DNA of 64,000 nt from an uncultured Verrucomicrobiota bacterium (GTDB lineage: Bacteria; Auribacterota; JABMQX01), in NCBI GenBank assembly GCA_964482435.1, contig CAYZXL010000003.1, forward strand, positions 69,472 to 133,471, in the 5' to 3' direction. Shown here piece by piece: positions 47,396-57,420 of this stretch. Each line of letters opens with the position of its first letter. Within the stretch, counting starts at the first letter, position 1. The translations under genes were made by a program, and so were the position numbers. The notes beneath the pieces were generated by a model. The model was not told where the DNA came from. It saw nothing but the letters and a program-made list of their open reading frames with translations, and did no database searches.

Positions 47396-49114
47396 CTAAT
47401 CTGCGGCCGTCTCCCTCAGAACCTCTTCCAGAGTCGTCTTGCCTTCTGCGGCTCTCGTGAGGGCGTTCATCCTCATTGTCCGCATTCCATGGTCCATGGC
47501 GACCTTCTTGATATCAGTTGAGGGGGCCCGCTTGACCACCAGGCTTCTCAGCTCGTCATCCATCTTGAACAGTTCTATGATTGACATCCTCCCCTTGTAG
47601 CCCGACCCCCCACAGCGATGACAGCCCGCCCCGTGGCAGAAGCTGACGGGTTTCCCGGGGATTGGCTTGTACTGACACCTTTCAAGGGTGCGGGCGTCAA
47701 TCTCAATCGGCTTCTTGCACCCCTCGCAAATTCTGCGAACCAACCTCTGCGCCATAATCATGATCACCGACGACGAAATCAAGAACGGCTCAACTCCCAT
47801 ATCGTCGAGCCGTGTGATGGCGCTGGGGGCATCGTTTGTGTGGAGCGTGCTGAATACGAGGTGCCCCGTCAGAGCCGCTTTTATGGCGATGTCAGCCGTC
47901 TCCTGGTCACGAATTTCTCCGACAAGCACGACGTTCGGGTCCTGCCGGAGGATTGACCGCAACCCGGTCGCAAACGTCAGGTCAATTTCCGGGTTCACCT
48001 GGACCTGGTTGATCCCCATAATCTGGTATTCGATCGGGTCTTCGACGGTAATAATATTGGTCTCGGGCTCGTTTATTTCCGACAGGGCGGCGTAGAGGGT
48101 TGTCGTCTTGCCGCTTCCGGTTGGCCCGGTTACAAGGATCATGCCGTAGGGGGCACGGATCGCCTCCCGGAGTTTCGCCATGGCGTCCTCGTCAAACCCC
48201 AGGTCGTCCAGCTTCCGGGCGGAGGCGCTCTTGTCCAGAATTCGCAGGACAACCTTCTCCCCGTAGGCCGTCGGAAGAACCGACACACGAAAATCAACGT
48301 CCCGCCCCTTCAGCTTTATCCGGAACCGTCCGTCCTGGGGTCGGCGTCTCTCGGCGATGTCCAGCTTGGAGATAATCTTCACTCTCGAGACAATCGCGCA
48401 GTGCATGGCTTTGGGAGGGGAGGTGCGCTCGTGGAGAATTCCGTCAACACGATACCTAACCCTCATTTCCTTCTCGAAAGGCTCAATGTGAATATCGCTT
48501 GCGCCTTCCGTGATGGCCTGGACGAGAATTATGTTGAGGATCTGAATGACCGAGGTGTCGCCGGTTGCCTGAAGGAGCTGCTCGACGTCTATCTCCTGGT
48601 CGCTTTCCTCGTCCCTGGCGACCTCCACACTGGGAACTGACGCCGTATCCTTCAGGATCGTCTCCAGGCCCTGCTTCGCGGAATAGATTTCGTCGAGCTT
48701 GGCCTGGACATCCTTTGGGTTGCTAATGACGGGCTGGATTTCCATTCCGGTCATGAGGCGGAGGTCGTCAATGGCAAAAACGTTGAGGGGGTCGGCCATC
48801 GCTACGGTGAGGGTGTTTCCGACTTTTGAGATGGGGACGACCTGATAGAACATCGCCAACTGCTTGGAGATGAGCACTACGACCTCCTCCGGAATCTTCA
48901 TCTTGCTGAGGTTGACAGGAGGAATTCCCAGATGGGCGCTGAGGCTCGTCATCAGCTCATCCGGACCCACGAAGCTGTGCTCGATGAGAACTCGGCCAAG
49001 CTGCCCGCCGGTTTCCTTCTGGATTCGCTTGGCTTCCTCGAGCTGTTCTTCGGTGATGAGTTGGCTGTCAATGAGAACCTGAACCAGTCTTTCCTTGAGC
49101 GATGCGTTTGCCAT
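47396..49114 (-). CDS. type II secretion / type IV pilus assembly ATPase (GspE/PilB family)
   Basis: N-terminal T2SSE_N/MshEN domain. Walker A GPTGSGKTT. Asp box, His box, tetracysteine zinc motif CEGC...CHRC. Start MANASLKERL at 49114. Confidence 0.9.
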   Translation of the reverse strand: MANASLKERLVQVLIDSQLITEEQLEEAKRIQKETGGQLGRVLIEHSFVGPDELMTSLSAHLGIPPVNLSKMKIPEEVVVLISKQLAMFYQVVPISKVGNTLTVAMADPLNVFAIDDLRLMTGMEIQPVISNPKDVQAKLDEIYSAKQGLETILKDTASVPSVEVARDEESDQEIDVEQLLQATGDTSVIQILNIILVQAITEGASDIHIEPFEKEMRVRYRVDGILHERTSPPKAMHCAIVSRVKIISKLDIAERRRPQDGRFRIKLKGRDVDFRVSVLPTAYGEKVVLRILDKSASARKLDDLGFDEDAMAKLREAIRAPYGMILVTGPTGSGKTTTLYAALSEINEPETNIITVEDPIEYQIMGINQVQVNPEIDLTFATGLRSILRQDPNVVLVGEIRDQETADIAIKAALTGHLVFSTLHTNDAPSAITRLDDMGVEPFLISSSVIMIMAQRLVRRICEGCKKPIEIDARTLERCQYKPIPGKPVSFCHGAGCHRCGGSGYKGRMSIIELFKMDDELRSLVVKRAPSTDIKKVAMDHGMRTMRMNALTRAAEGKTTLEEVLRETAAD

Positions 49115-49225
49115 AGCCGTTAGTCTCCCCCGGAGCGCCCGCATGCTGCTGCTTGGGCAGCGGCCGGGCTGTCATTCTGTGGCCCCCCGGAAATCTTACC
49201 TGGGGCTACGCGTACAACGACCGTG

Positions 49226-50737
49226 CTAAGCATAGTATTGCTCGTGCTTTTGTTTGATGTGAGACCATGAGCTGATGAAATAGCTCACTTTCATGTTCCC
49301 TGAGTGCCGCTGAACTTCGTCTTTCTGATCCTTGTTGAGGGGTATCCCCATAGCCACAAGGAGCGTATCGCCAATCCTGTCCACGGGCATCAAGGTGTGC
49401 TTGAGAGCGATTTCCTTCGGAACCATGGTCGCCACATCATCGCTGATGTCGTAGTTTTCCAGAGGAAGATAAGGAACTCCCGCCTGGGCAACTAAGGCGT
49501 TAATGATGTCCTCCTCCTTGGCATAGCCGGCCTCAACGAGAATCTGGCCAATGGGCTTATGGTCTTTCGCCTGTCTGGCAACTGCCTCGTCCAACCGCTC
49601 TCGGCTGACCACCCCCTGCTGAACCAGAATGGCCCCCAGGGCTTTTCCGACCTCATCCCTGCTTGTCTTCCGCGGGGCTGGTCCTTGCCCGGCTTCAGCA
49701 GCCGGCTCCCTGACTGTCTGGAGCTCGCGGGGTGCCACTACCACTACTTCCCCAGGGGCCTGTTCCTCTCGCTGCCCTGTCGTAGAGGGCTGAGCCGAAT
49801 GAATCCCGCGCGCCTTGTGAAGGAGCTTTTCCCCTTCTTTCAGTTTCGCCTGTAGCTCGCGAACTTCCTCCTTCACTTTCCGAAGAGCAAGGTCCGCACC
49901 AGCTTGCTCCTGCTCCAGGCGTGCGACCACCTCCTGCCACGCGGACCGCAACTCTAATTCACCGCGCTCTTTGGCCTCCTCGATGCTGCGATGAAACTCC
50001 CTTTCGCGTTCCTCGCTGATTCGCTTCCATTCCTGCTGGAAAATGGCGTCAGTCGAAGCGAGGAGCTTTTCTGCTTGCTTGACGCTCTTGCGGATATCAT
50101 GAGACTCGTCATCCTGTATTATCTTATCCGCTTTTTTCTTGATGCTTTCGGCAACCTGGTTGAAGACCTGGGCTTCGCCCTCGTTCAGCCACCGTTCGCG
50201 CTCAGCCACGAGCTGCTGGAGCTCACTTTCTTTTTTCGCCTCGATTGCTTGCAGGATGCTACGTGTTTGGTCGTCCTCCCCCCTTCTGGCGTCGCGCACC
50301 TTCACGCAGGCCTTCAGGAAAACCTCTTCTGCCTCCTCCAATTCTCGCTGCTTGTGGGCACAGATGCTCTTGATCTCCTGTAGCTCCGCTTGGAGCTTTA
50401 GACTCGGCACGTCCGTCCCCGAATACCCGATCTCATCCAGCCTGGATGCGGCCTCCGTGTCGTTCGGGTCAGTCTTGAGCACCTCGAAATACTCATTTGC
50501 CGCCATCTCCTTCTGGCCGGAGGCAAGGTAAACCTCCGCCAGACCCTTAGTGACCCGCTTGAGGTCGGCACTCCTATTCAACTGCCGGTAAACTTCCTTC
50601 AGCGGCAGGTAGTTCTGGGCAACCTCGGGGGCTGTCCGAAGAATCATCTCGAACATCTCCGCGGAGCGCTCGAGCTGGTCCCTGTCTGCCGAAGCAGTTC
50701 TATGAGTCGGTTCGCGCTTTGTGCCCTGGGACTCCAC
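49226..50737 (-). CDS. TPR + long coiled-coil protein with C-terminal T2SSE_N (GspE N-terminal-like) domain
   Basis: N-terminal TPR-like helices (LAEVYLASGQKEMAANEYFEVLKTDPND). About 250-aa E/K/R/Q coiled-coil. C-terminal LGAILVQQGVVSRERLDEAVARQ...GQILVEAGYAKEEDIINALVAQAG, which matches the MshEN/T2SSE_N fold. Confidence 0.6.
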   Translation of the reverse strand: MESQGTKREPTHRTASADRDQLERSAEMFEMILRTAPEVAQNYLPLKEVYRQLNRSADLKRVTKGLAEVYLASGQKEMAANEYFEVLKTDPNDTEAASRLDEIGYSGTDVPSLKLQAELQEIKSICAHKQRELEEAEEVFLKACVKVRDARRGEDDQTRSILQAIEAKKESELQQLVAERERWLNEGEAQVFNQVAESIKKKADKIIQDDESHDIRKSVKQAEKLLASTDAIFQQEWKRISEEREREFHRSIEEAKERGELELRSAWQEVVARLEQEQAGADLALRKVKEEVRELQAKLKEGEKLLHKARGIHSAQPSTTGQREEQAPGEVVVVAPRELQTVREPAAEAGQGPAPRKTSRDEVGKALGAILVQQGVVSRERLDEAVARQAKDHKPIGQILVEAGYAKEEDIINALVAQAGVPYLPLENYDISDDVATMVPKEIALKHTLMPVDRIGDTLLVAMGIPLNKDQKDEVQRHSGNMKVSYFISSWSHIKQKHEQYYA

Positions 50738-50927
50738 GTTCCTTTAACCTTCTCGTTCAACTTACGGACAAAAGGACTTTGAGTGGAATGGTTACGCGAA
50801 GAGAAAATGAACCTTTGAACGCGGTGGGTGGAGAGCAAATCCCGTGCCGAATGCGGCAGATTCTCGACGACAATTCCCCGCGGCGCTACTTCCTCGTTCC
50901 CCCGCCTATCCTTCTGGTACGACGCTG

Positions 50928-51485
50928 CTAAGGAAGCAACTCATCACGCGTTTTTTTGAACTCGCCGATGCTCTTAAGGTACTCCCGGCGGAGAGCAGTG
51001 AGACGCTCTGCGTCGGCCTTCAGCCTCTCGTTGGTAGCCTTGAGCTTTTCGATCTCGAGGGAGGCGTCGGAGTATTCTTTCTGGAGACCTCTTACCTCGT
51101 TTTCCAGAGACGCCAGTTCCGCTCTCAGACGAGCGTTCTCGTCGGAGAGTTTTCGGTGTTCTTTCTCAGCTTCCTTCCGACTGTTTTCCAGACTGCGATT
51201 CTGTCGAGTTAGGTCCTGCAACTCCTTGCGGCGAGTCCTGGCTTCCGCCTCGAGAGTAGCTTTGAGGAGGTTCTGCCTTCTGGTCTCGTTTTCGATGTTC
51301 ATGGTATCGCGGGTAATCGCCTCCAGCTCTTTCAAAAGGCTAACCAGTTGAGCCTCCTCCTCCTTCTGAATCTCGCGCATTTTGTCGGCCGCGTCTTTAA
51401 TCTTCGCCACGACGCTCGCAGTTCCGACTGCAAGGCTGGCTTTCCTGACGACCAGCCGTTTTGGGGCCTGCCTTCGCTTTGCCAT
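50928..51485 (-). CDS. coiled-coil protein, hypothetical
   Basis: 185 aa from MAKRRQAPK (AAAGGAG RBS). Almost entirely heptad-repeat coiled-coil. The 319-aa ORF in the track is an upstream read-through. Confidence 0.45.
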   Translation of the reverse strand: MAKRRQAPKRLVVRKASLAVGTASVVAKIKDAADKMREIQKEEEAQLVSLLKELEAITRDTMNIENETRRQNLLKATLEAEARTRRKELQDLTRQNRSLENSRKEAEKEHRKLSDENARLRAELASLENEVRGLQKEYSDASLEIEKLKATNERLKADAERLTALRREYLKSIGEFKKTRDELLP

Positions 51486-52098
51486 ATCCCGGTCTCCTTT
51501 CCTGCCCGTTTTTGACAGGAGCAATCGCGTGTTCGCTTTCGCAGAGACTTGCACGAAGATGGGGGGCCGGGTTCTCCCGCCGTCTGCACGGCCTAACTTC
51601 CGGGAAAATGTCCTGGACCCATCCACCCCCTGCTGGTTCTTCGCGGAAAAGCTCTCTTGCGGTGGGCTAATTGCTCCTATTTGTGAGTGGTGTGATGTAT
51701 TGTTCACTGACGAGACAACAGTATCGCCAGGGTTCTTCGAATCCCGGAAAGACGTCCTTAAAGTTGTCCGGCGTTGAGCGTGACCCGCGCCCGGATCGTC
51801 TTGTCCATTCTGTAATCCCGTCAGACCACGCCTTCGGCGTGGCTCCGAACGCGATGCGCAGCCGCTTTTCACGACGACGCTACTCAAGAGGTCTGACGCT
51901 TCGCCCGGGTGGCATCGCCGTTCCGTCGCGCCTCAAAAAGCCTCCGGCTTTCGCGCGGCGTTCCCCGCGAGAACGCGGGGTCATCTTTTACGGGGAATTG
52001 CTCCCGCGCGAGGGAAGTCTCCGGTTTTGAACGTATTAGCGACTAACCCCCGGCTGTTTTGATGTGTTCGGCGGAAATGTGAACCTTTGCCTTGCTGT

Positions 52099-55000
52099 TC
52101 ACCTGCCGATAAGCTCAACCGCCCTGGCTGCCTTTGTCCTGACCAAACCCTCTCCGCAGTTCGCTGGAAAAATACAAAGAAGATAGGCGGAGGGGTTTTT
52201 GCCCCTGGGTACGCTCGACCTGTTAAGGGTTACCTTTGCGTCCCCGCTGACAAGAAGCAGCGATTGGAATTCTCCCAACCCCGCATACTCGGAACGCCGA
52301 GAAAGCGACTCCAGGTCGAAGATGCCCGCCTTGAGGAATGAGTCCACATAATCTCCCTCGCCCCACACAATCACCAGCCTTTGACCGGGGCTGGTGGAAG
52401 TGGAAAGGTAACTCCCTATTCCGGCCTCGGCAAGAGTCGCAACCACCTGCTGGCAGACCTCTTCCGGCACCCCGTCCGGCTTCAGAGGGGTTGCTTCCCC
52501 TTCGGGCCTGGCGGAACGAGCGACCGGCCGCGCTTTTAGATCAACTTCCATCAGAGACAAGAGGTCTCGCAACTCGGTATCTAACTTGTCGAAGAGCAAG
52601 CTTGTGAAACCCGCACCGTTTCGGTTGAAGCTCCCCAGAACCATCAGGCGGCGGGCATCTCCACGAACCATTTCTCTGGTTACAACCATCCCGTTCCTTG
52701 CCGAGACCGCAATCTTGAATGGCTCACCGAGACCATGGTCAGAGCAGAACTTTTGCCCTTGTGCCCACAGACCGACTACCTCGGCGGCCAAAATCTCCGA
52801 ATTCAGGTTCGGGGGGGTCAAAAGGACTACGGACGTGTCGGCGACGGATAGGGCAGCATGCTCGGAAATCCCCAGTCCCTGACATTTTTGAATGAGGTTG
52901 CGCAGAATTGTTCCGGCGGTCCTTGGGACAGCCTCCTGCTTTTGAGGCGCAACGCCCACCTCTATGTGGCGTTCCGCACAAGTTTGCACCTGTGACTTCA
53001 CTCCCACTCGTGCTGACGCGCTTCGGCTCACGAGCTCACCAGAAGCGACCTCGCCGCCAGGTTCGGCGACGGCAACGGCGGGTTCGCCCCGGACTTCGTG
53101 GGGAATTTCCTCGAAAGGTGAGGAGATTTCCTCACACGCCGGCTGGAGCTTTTGGTCGGCGGGACGTTCCAAGACTTCCGCAAAAACCTGCGACACCATT
53201 TCCTGCAACGGAAGCTCGGCCAGCCCTTCGGCAAAGCGGCTCTTCACCTGCTCCACAGACATGGAGAGGCACCCGGGTGGGAATTGGGCTGTAAGAAGCT
53301 CGACGGGCACCACGACTCTTCCCTCCTTCAACTGCGCCACGACCATACTTCTGGGCACCTTCACTGTCTCCCCTCCGAGGTGCATCGCCAGTTCCTCTTT
53401 TGAAACGCGGAAAGCACCTTCGGGCAGAAGGCGAACCACGGCGCCGAGGGAAAGAGAAAGCGGGTTTGCCTCCCTCCGAAGTTCCTCGGCGAAAGAAGGG
53501 GCAGGGGCTTTTTTCTCCCGAAAGGGAATGGGTGTGGGCTTTGGCTGTGGCTTTTGCGCCGCTGCGGGAATTCTCGCCTCCCCAACGACCTGCGAGCGGG
53601 GCAGCTCATTAAAAGGATTGGGCATTTCTTCAAGGATGGGCTGCTGCTCCTGTTTCGGCGGGGCAAGGACCTCCGGCGGCAACTGCGGGACAATCTCGCG
53701 GAGTGGAAGAATAACCTCCCCGCTTCTCAGCGAGCGGATGATGTCGGCCTCCGAAATCGAAATGCGCCCCTCCGGGAATTGGGCCAGGACGAATTTGCCT
53801 TTCAGCTTGACCTCGCCCCGGGCGAGCTGCGGCAGAATTAGTTCCATGGGGACCACGACTGTATCCGGCAGACGGGGGAGGCGGTCCAAGTTCTCCGAGA
53901 GGACCGACCCTTCAGGGAATTGAGAGATGATTGACTCGGTGTTAAGGTGAACGACCTGGCGTGAGCGCTCAAAGAGAAGCCGCTCTTCCTCGCGGACAAC
54001 AAAAGCCTCGTCGGGGAGCGCCTCGGCAGGTTCGAACACTCGTTGAGGGGGAAGCATTTTTTCCCTCTTTCGTTCCTTCACTGCACCAGCGGGCTTTTCC
54101 GCAATAACGATTGGAGGTCCGCTGGGCGCCTGGAAGAAATCAGGAAATTCCTCTTCGATATCCGGCTGGAAGTCCTGCTGAGGAAGCTGGAAGATTTCCG
54201 CCGGGAGGCGTCGAACGACTTCGCCCAGCGGCAGTTCTATTTCGCCGTCCGGGAACTTGCGGGCGACTTCCTCCGGGGGATGGAGGAACGCATCCGGCGC
54301 TATCCCTGAGATGACAGTCATGACGTCCACCACAACTCTCCCCTCCGAAAGTTGCGGAAGAACCACCTCCAGGGGTATCGCGACGGAAGGCGAGATTTCT
54401 TCGATTTCCTCGGGGGACATGGCCAGTTCGCCCTCCGGGAAAAACTTGAGGATTTCTCCCACCGGAATAAGGACACGGTCCTTTTCTTCTGCAAGGGCTG
54501 CTGGCGCTTCAGGGGCTTCGGCAACCTCCGCCGGAACAAATGGCCCCATGGGCGCCGACCCTTCGTACTCCCCGACCGGAGCCTCTGCGACGGCGACTTG
54601 CTTCATTACCTCGGCCGGGCTCTCACCGACGGAGACGGCCCATTCCTCCTTCTCTTCTGCCGCGGCATGTGGAATGGCGCCCTCGCGGGCCTCTGGCTGA
54701 ATGCCAAGCAAGTCCCTCAAGAACATGATGACCATGCCGCTCATAAGGATGTGGACGAGGACCGAGGGGAGCGAAAGAAAACTCGCCCTCAAGGCAGCTT
54801 CTGTGAGGTCCGGGTAAGTTTTGAGATGGAAGAAGGCGGCTGTCACCCCCACGAACACCGCTTTGGAAAAGCACAGGAGGACAAACGCCTTTAGCCAGTT
54901 CTTCAGGCCCGAGAAGCTCGTCAAAAGTGCGGATAGAACCGCGAAAACGAAGACCGTGAAAGGAGCCGACATCCACCATTCCAACTGAAGGTATGCCGGA

Positions 55001-55131
55001 CTCCCCTTGTCTCGCAGAGAGACCCAGAAGGTTTCAAGGACGCGGGTCAAAAGCCCATCAATCCCTGCCATCAGCAGGATAACGATGACCACCCACCCGA
55101 GACTCGCACTGCTTTTTTTCGGCTCATCCAT
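52099..55131 (-). CDS. large membrane-anchored repeat protein with two C-terminal roadblock/LC7 (MglB-like) domains
   Basis: 1010 aa. Four N-terminal TM helices. Six tandem ~45-aa repeats of pattern (I/V)LxxFPEGx(L/I)xxSxEE(I/L)...G(E/R)VxLPLxE(V/I)VxQLPxEV. C-terminal ~300 aa with two beta-alpha-beta-beta-alpha modules (GTILRNLIQKCQGLGISEHAALSVADTSVVLL...; ...LVIVWGEGDYVDSFLKAGIF...). Confidence 0.6.
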   Translation of the reverse strand: MDEPKKSSASLGWVVIVILLMAGIDGLLTRVLETFWVSLRDKGSPAYLQLEWWMSAPFTVFVFAVLSALLTSFSGLKNWLKAFVLLCFSKAVFVGVTAAFFHLKTYPDLTEAALRASFLSLPSVLVHILMSGMVIMFLRDLLGIQPEAREGAIPHAAAEEKEEWAVSVGESPAEVMKQVAVAEAPVGEYEGSAPMGPFVPAEVAEAPEAPAALAEEKDRVLIPVGEILKFFPEGELAMSPEEIEEISPSVAIPLEVVLPQLSEGRVVVDVMTVISGIAPDAFLHPPEEVARKFPDGEIELPLGEVVRRLPAEIFQLPQQDFQPDIEEEFPDFFQAPSGPPIVIAEKPAGAVKERKREKMLPPQRVFEPAEALPDEAFVVREEERLLFERSRQVVHLNTESIISQFPEGSVLSENLDRLPRLPDTVVVPMELILPQLARGEVKLKGKFVLAQFPEGRISISEADIIRSLRSGEVILPLREIVPQLPPEVLAPPKQEQQPILEEMPNPFNELPRSQVVGEARIPAAAQKPQPKPTPIPFREKKAPAPSFAEELRREANPLSLSLGAVVRLLPEGAFRVSKEELAMHLGGETVKVPRSMVVAQLKEGRVVVPVELLTAQFPPGCLSMSVEQVKSRFAEGLAELPLQEMVSQVFAEVLERPADQKLQPACEEISSPFEEIPHEVRGEPAVAVAEPGGEVASGELVSRSASARVGVKSQVQTCAERHIEVGVAPQKQEAVPRTAGTILRNLIQKCQGLGISEHAALSVADTSVVLLTPPNLNSEILAAEVVGLWAQGQKFCSDHGLGEPFKIAVSARNGMVVTREMVRGDARRLMVLGSFNRNGAGFTSLLFDKLDTELRDLLSLMEVDLKARPVARSARPEGEATPLKPDGVPEEVCQQVVATLAEAGIGSYLSTSTSPGQRLVIVWGEGDYVDSFLKAGIFDLESLSRRSEYAGLGEFQSLLLVSGDAKVTLNRSSVPRGKNPSAYLLCIFPANCGEGLVRTKAARAVELIGR

Positions 55132-55264
55132 CCTTGGTTCCTGAGGTTCTATTTACAGGTCCCTTTCGCGCCCCAGCGGTCCGAATTCCCGCCGCGAGCT
55201 TCGCCGCCGGGCAGAATCACTTTAGCGGCGCCCTCAGGGAAGCTTCCGGCTTACCTCTCCCGGC

Positions 55265-56506
55265 TCAGACCTTCCCTGAGGACTTGTTCTTCAGGGCCTT
55301 GACCGCTCTGGCGAAAGGCTCAAAGGTTATCGTAAAAACCGTTCGCTCACCGAACCAGCTTGCCGCAGTTATGGAAGCGTTATGAGCTTCGACGATCTGC
55401 CGCGCAAGACACAGACCCAGCCCCGTTCCTTTTGGCTTTGTCGTAAAGAATGGGTCAAAAATCTTCGAAACGCAGTCCGAAGGGATTCCCTCGCCGTTGT
55501 CCTCGACTTCGACCTGGGCACATCCATCCGGGGCAGCTACGCCACTGATGGAAAGCCTTCCGTTGGCGCCCATTGCGTCAATCGCATTGGTGAATATCGA
55601 GTAGAACACCTGCTCAAGCTGGGCCGGATCACCCAGAATCGTCGGAAAATCGCGGTCGAATCGCTGCGAGACGCCGATTTTCTTTTCTGCTATCTCTTCG
55701 CTCACCGCAAACAACGAATGGGCGATGACATCCTTCAGGTCGGTCTCAGTGACATTCAGGTCCCTGGGATGAACGACGTTGAGGAGTTCCTCAATTATCC
55801 GCTCGATTTTGTCAACTTCCTGGTCAATCAAGTCCACCGTCTGGACGGTGTGGCTGGAGGAACCTGCCACGTCTTTCCGGAGAAGCTGCATCCCAAGCTT
55901 TATGGAGGCAAGGGGATTGCGAACTTTGTGGGCGACTACTGCGGACATCTCTCCCAGGGAAATCAACAGCTCCCGCCTTGCCTTTTGCTCCCTGAGCCTG
56001 GCCACCTGGGAAAGGTCAACGAAGCTCGCCAGGACGCCGATGATCCGGTTGGAGGTGTCTTTCAGTGGCGCGGTGCTGATGCCAATCCGGACGCGCTCAC
56101 CGTTCTTCTTGAGCATGACGGTCTCTTCCTGGTGAAAGACCTGTCCCTTGTGGAGACTCTCTTCAACCCACGACGGCTTGCCTCGTTCCGGACAAAACAC
56201 GCTCCTCATGGGCTTGCCGACCACTTCCGAGGCATTGCGACCAAGCATCTTCTCCGCGGCTCGATTGAAGAACGTCACGTTCTCCTCGAGGTCAACAGTC
56301 AGGACTCCGCCGGTGATGTTCTGCAAGATGCTCTCGATGAACTCCTCGTCCTGTGGCGCCTTTTCGCCTCTGGCAAAACCGGGCTTCTTACCAACCGCAA
56401 GGGAACCGCCGAGAGAGCCATCGAAGCCCTTCGTCCTCGGGGCATGAGCCAGGGGGTCTTTAGAGTTGTTTGATTTCCGCATTTCGTCCGTGCGCATGCT
56501 TTTCAT
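55265..56506 (-). CDS. cytoplasmic PAS-domain sensor histidine kinase
   Basis: PAS ([30 protein letters not shown]). H-box [14 protein letters not shown] and G boxes ([21 protein letters not shown]). Start MKSMRTD with GAAAGGA RBS. Confidence 0.8.
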   Translation of the reverse strand: MKSMRTDEMRKSNNSKDPLAHAPRTKGFDGSLGGSLAVGKKPGFARGEKAPQDEEFIESILQNITGGVLTVDLEENVTFFNRAAEKMLGRNASEVVGKPMRSVFCPERGKPSWVEESLHKGQVFHQEETVMLKKNGERVRIGISTAPLKDTSNRIIGVLASFVDLSQVARLREQKARRELLISLGEMSAVVAHKVRNPLASIKLGMQLLRKDVAGSSSHTVQTVDLIDQEVDKIERIIEELLNVVHPRDLNVTETDLKDVIAHSLFAVSEEIAEKKIGVSQRFDRDFPTILGDPAQLEQVFYSIFTNAIDAMGANGRLSISGVAAPDGCAQVEVEDNGEGIPSDCVSKIFDPFFTTKPKGTGLGLCLARQIVEAHNASITAASWFGERTVFTITFEPFARAVKALKNKSSGKV

Positions 56507-56596
56507 TCGATTCCTTTCTACGTACTCTGTGGCGCCTGCCAAAAAAGACATCGCCCTTCGGCGTCATCCGGCTGGCGCTGAAGCCGACGAACAACC

Positions 56597-57385
56597 TCAC
56601 GGAATCCGGAGGTTGTATCGCTTTCCTTTGAAAGCAAAGGTGATCCGACCGGAAGATATTTCAGCTATCTCAGCTTGTCCGAGCTTGTCGCCTTTCTTGA
56701 ACCCGCGGCCATCTACGAGAGCGACATACCCGTTGGCGTCTTTGTAAACCCCGGAGACTTTCAGGTTGAGGAGGAAGCTCTTAGTCCGTGCGTCCTCTTC
56801 CGGCGTCAAGACTTCCAGAGCAGGTGCAACGACCGGTGATTTCGCCGTCGGAACCTCCGGCGGAGGGCCGCCAATGGACGGGCCTGTCGAGTCTCCAACG
56901 CCGGGGCTATGACCGGGACTCGGTATCACGGCCGAAGTAGCAGCGGAAGCTACTGGCACGACAACCGGTTCTTCAGGCTCAGACGCCACTGCCGGAGCGG
57001 CCGCCTTCTGCATGTCCCTGATAGCATTGTCCGCAACACCGGCGACGGACGCTTCAACGGATGGCGCCGAGGCGACTTGACCCGACTGCCTCTGCTCCGT
57101 CGGCTCGGTCCGGGCGGAGGCTATGACCTGGCCTTGAGGCCCACGGTCCGGAATGGCGGTGGAGCCTCTCTCCTTGCCTCTCCACATCTTCCAGACCACA
57201 AGAACCGCTAAAAGAACTGCTGCTGCGGCGAGCAAATAGCGAGCCACGTGAGCGCGCGGCGCTTCCGGTCGCGCCCCCTGACGCAAACTCGGCGGAGGGC
57301 ACGGCTCGGAGTTCTGCGCTTCCGTGGGGCCTATGCCCCCCCGTGCCGCCTCCACCTCCCGCAGGCGGTCCATTATTCTGCTCAC
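56597..57385 (-). CDS. GspB/ExeB-like membrane protein (partner of GspA)
   Basis: Single TM (YLLAAAAVLLAVLVVW). Pro/Ala/Ser-rich linker. Conserved C-terminal domain FLLNLKVSGVYKDANGYVALVDGRGFKKGDKLG. Sits immediately downstream of the GspA-like gene. Confidence 0.5.
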   Translation of the reverse strand: MSRIMDRLREVEAARGGIGPTEAQNSEPCPPPSLRQGARPEAPRAHVARYLLAAAAVLLAVLVVWKMWRGKERGSTAIPDRGPQGQVIASARTEPTEQRQSGQVASAPSVEASVAGVADNAIRDMQKAAAPAVASEPEEPVVVPVASAATSAVIPSPGHSPGVGDSTGPSIGGPPPEVPTAKSPVVAPALEVLTPEEDARTKSFLLNLKVSGVYKDANGYVALVDGRGFKKGDKLGQAEIAEISSGRITFAFKGKRYNLRIP

Positions 57386-57420
57386 AGCGTCTCTCCTCTT
57401 TCCTCAGCCAGTACCGCTAA

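Noticed and set aside
50928-51887. Full 319-aa ORF for the coiled-coil gene
   Set aside because: The first 134 codons are low-complexity. A start with a good RBS is at 51485.
55382-56473. 363-aa plus-strand ORF
   Set aside because: Antisense to the PAS histidine kinase, whose H/N/G boxes are unambiguous.
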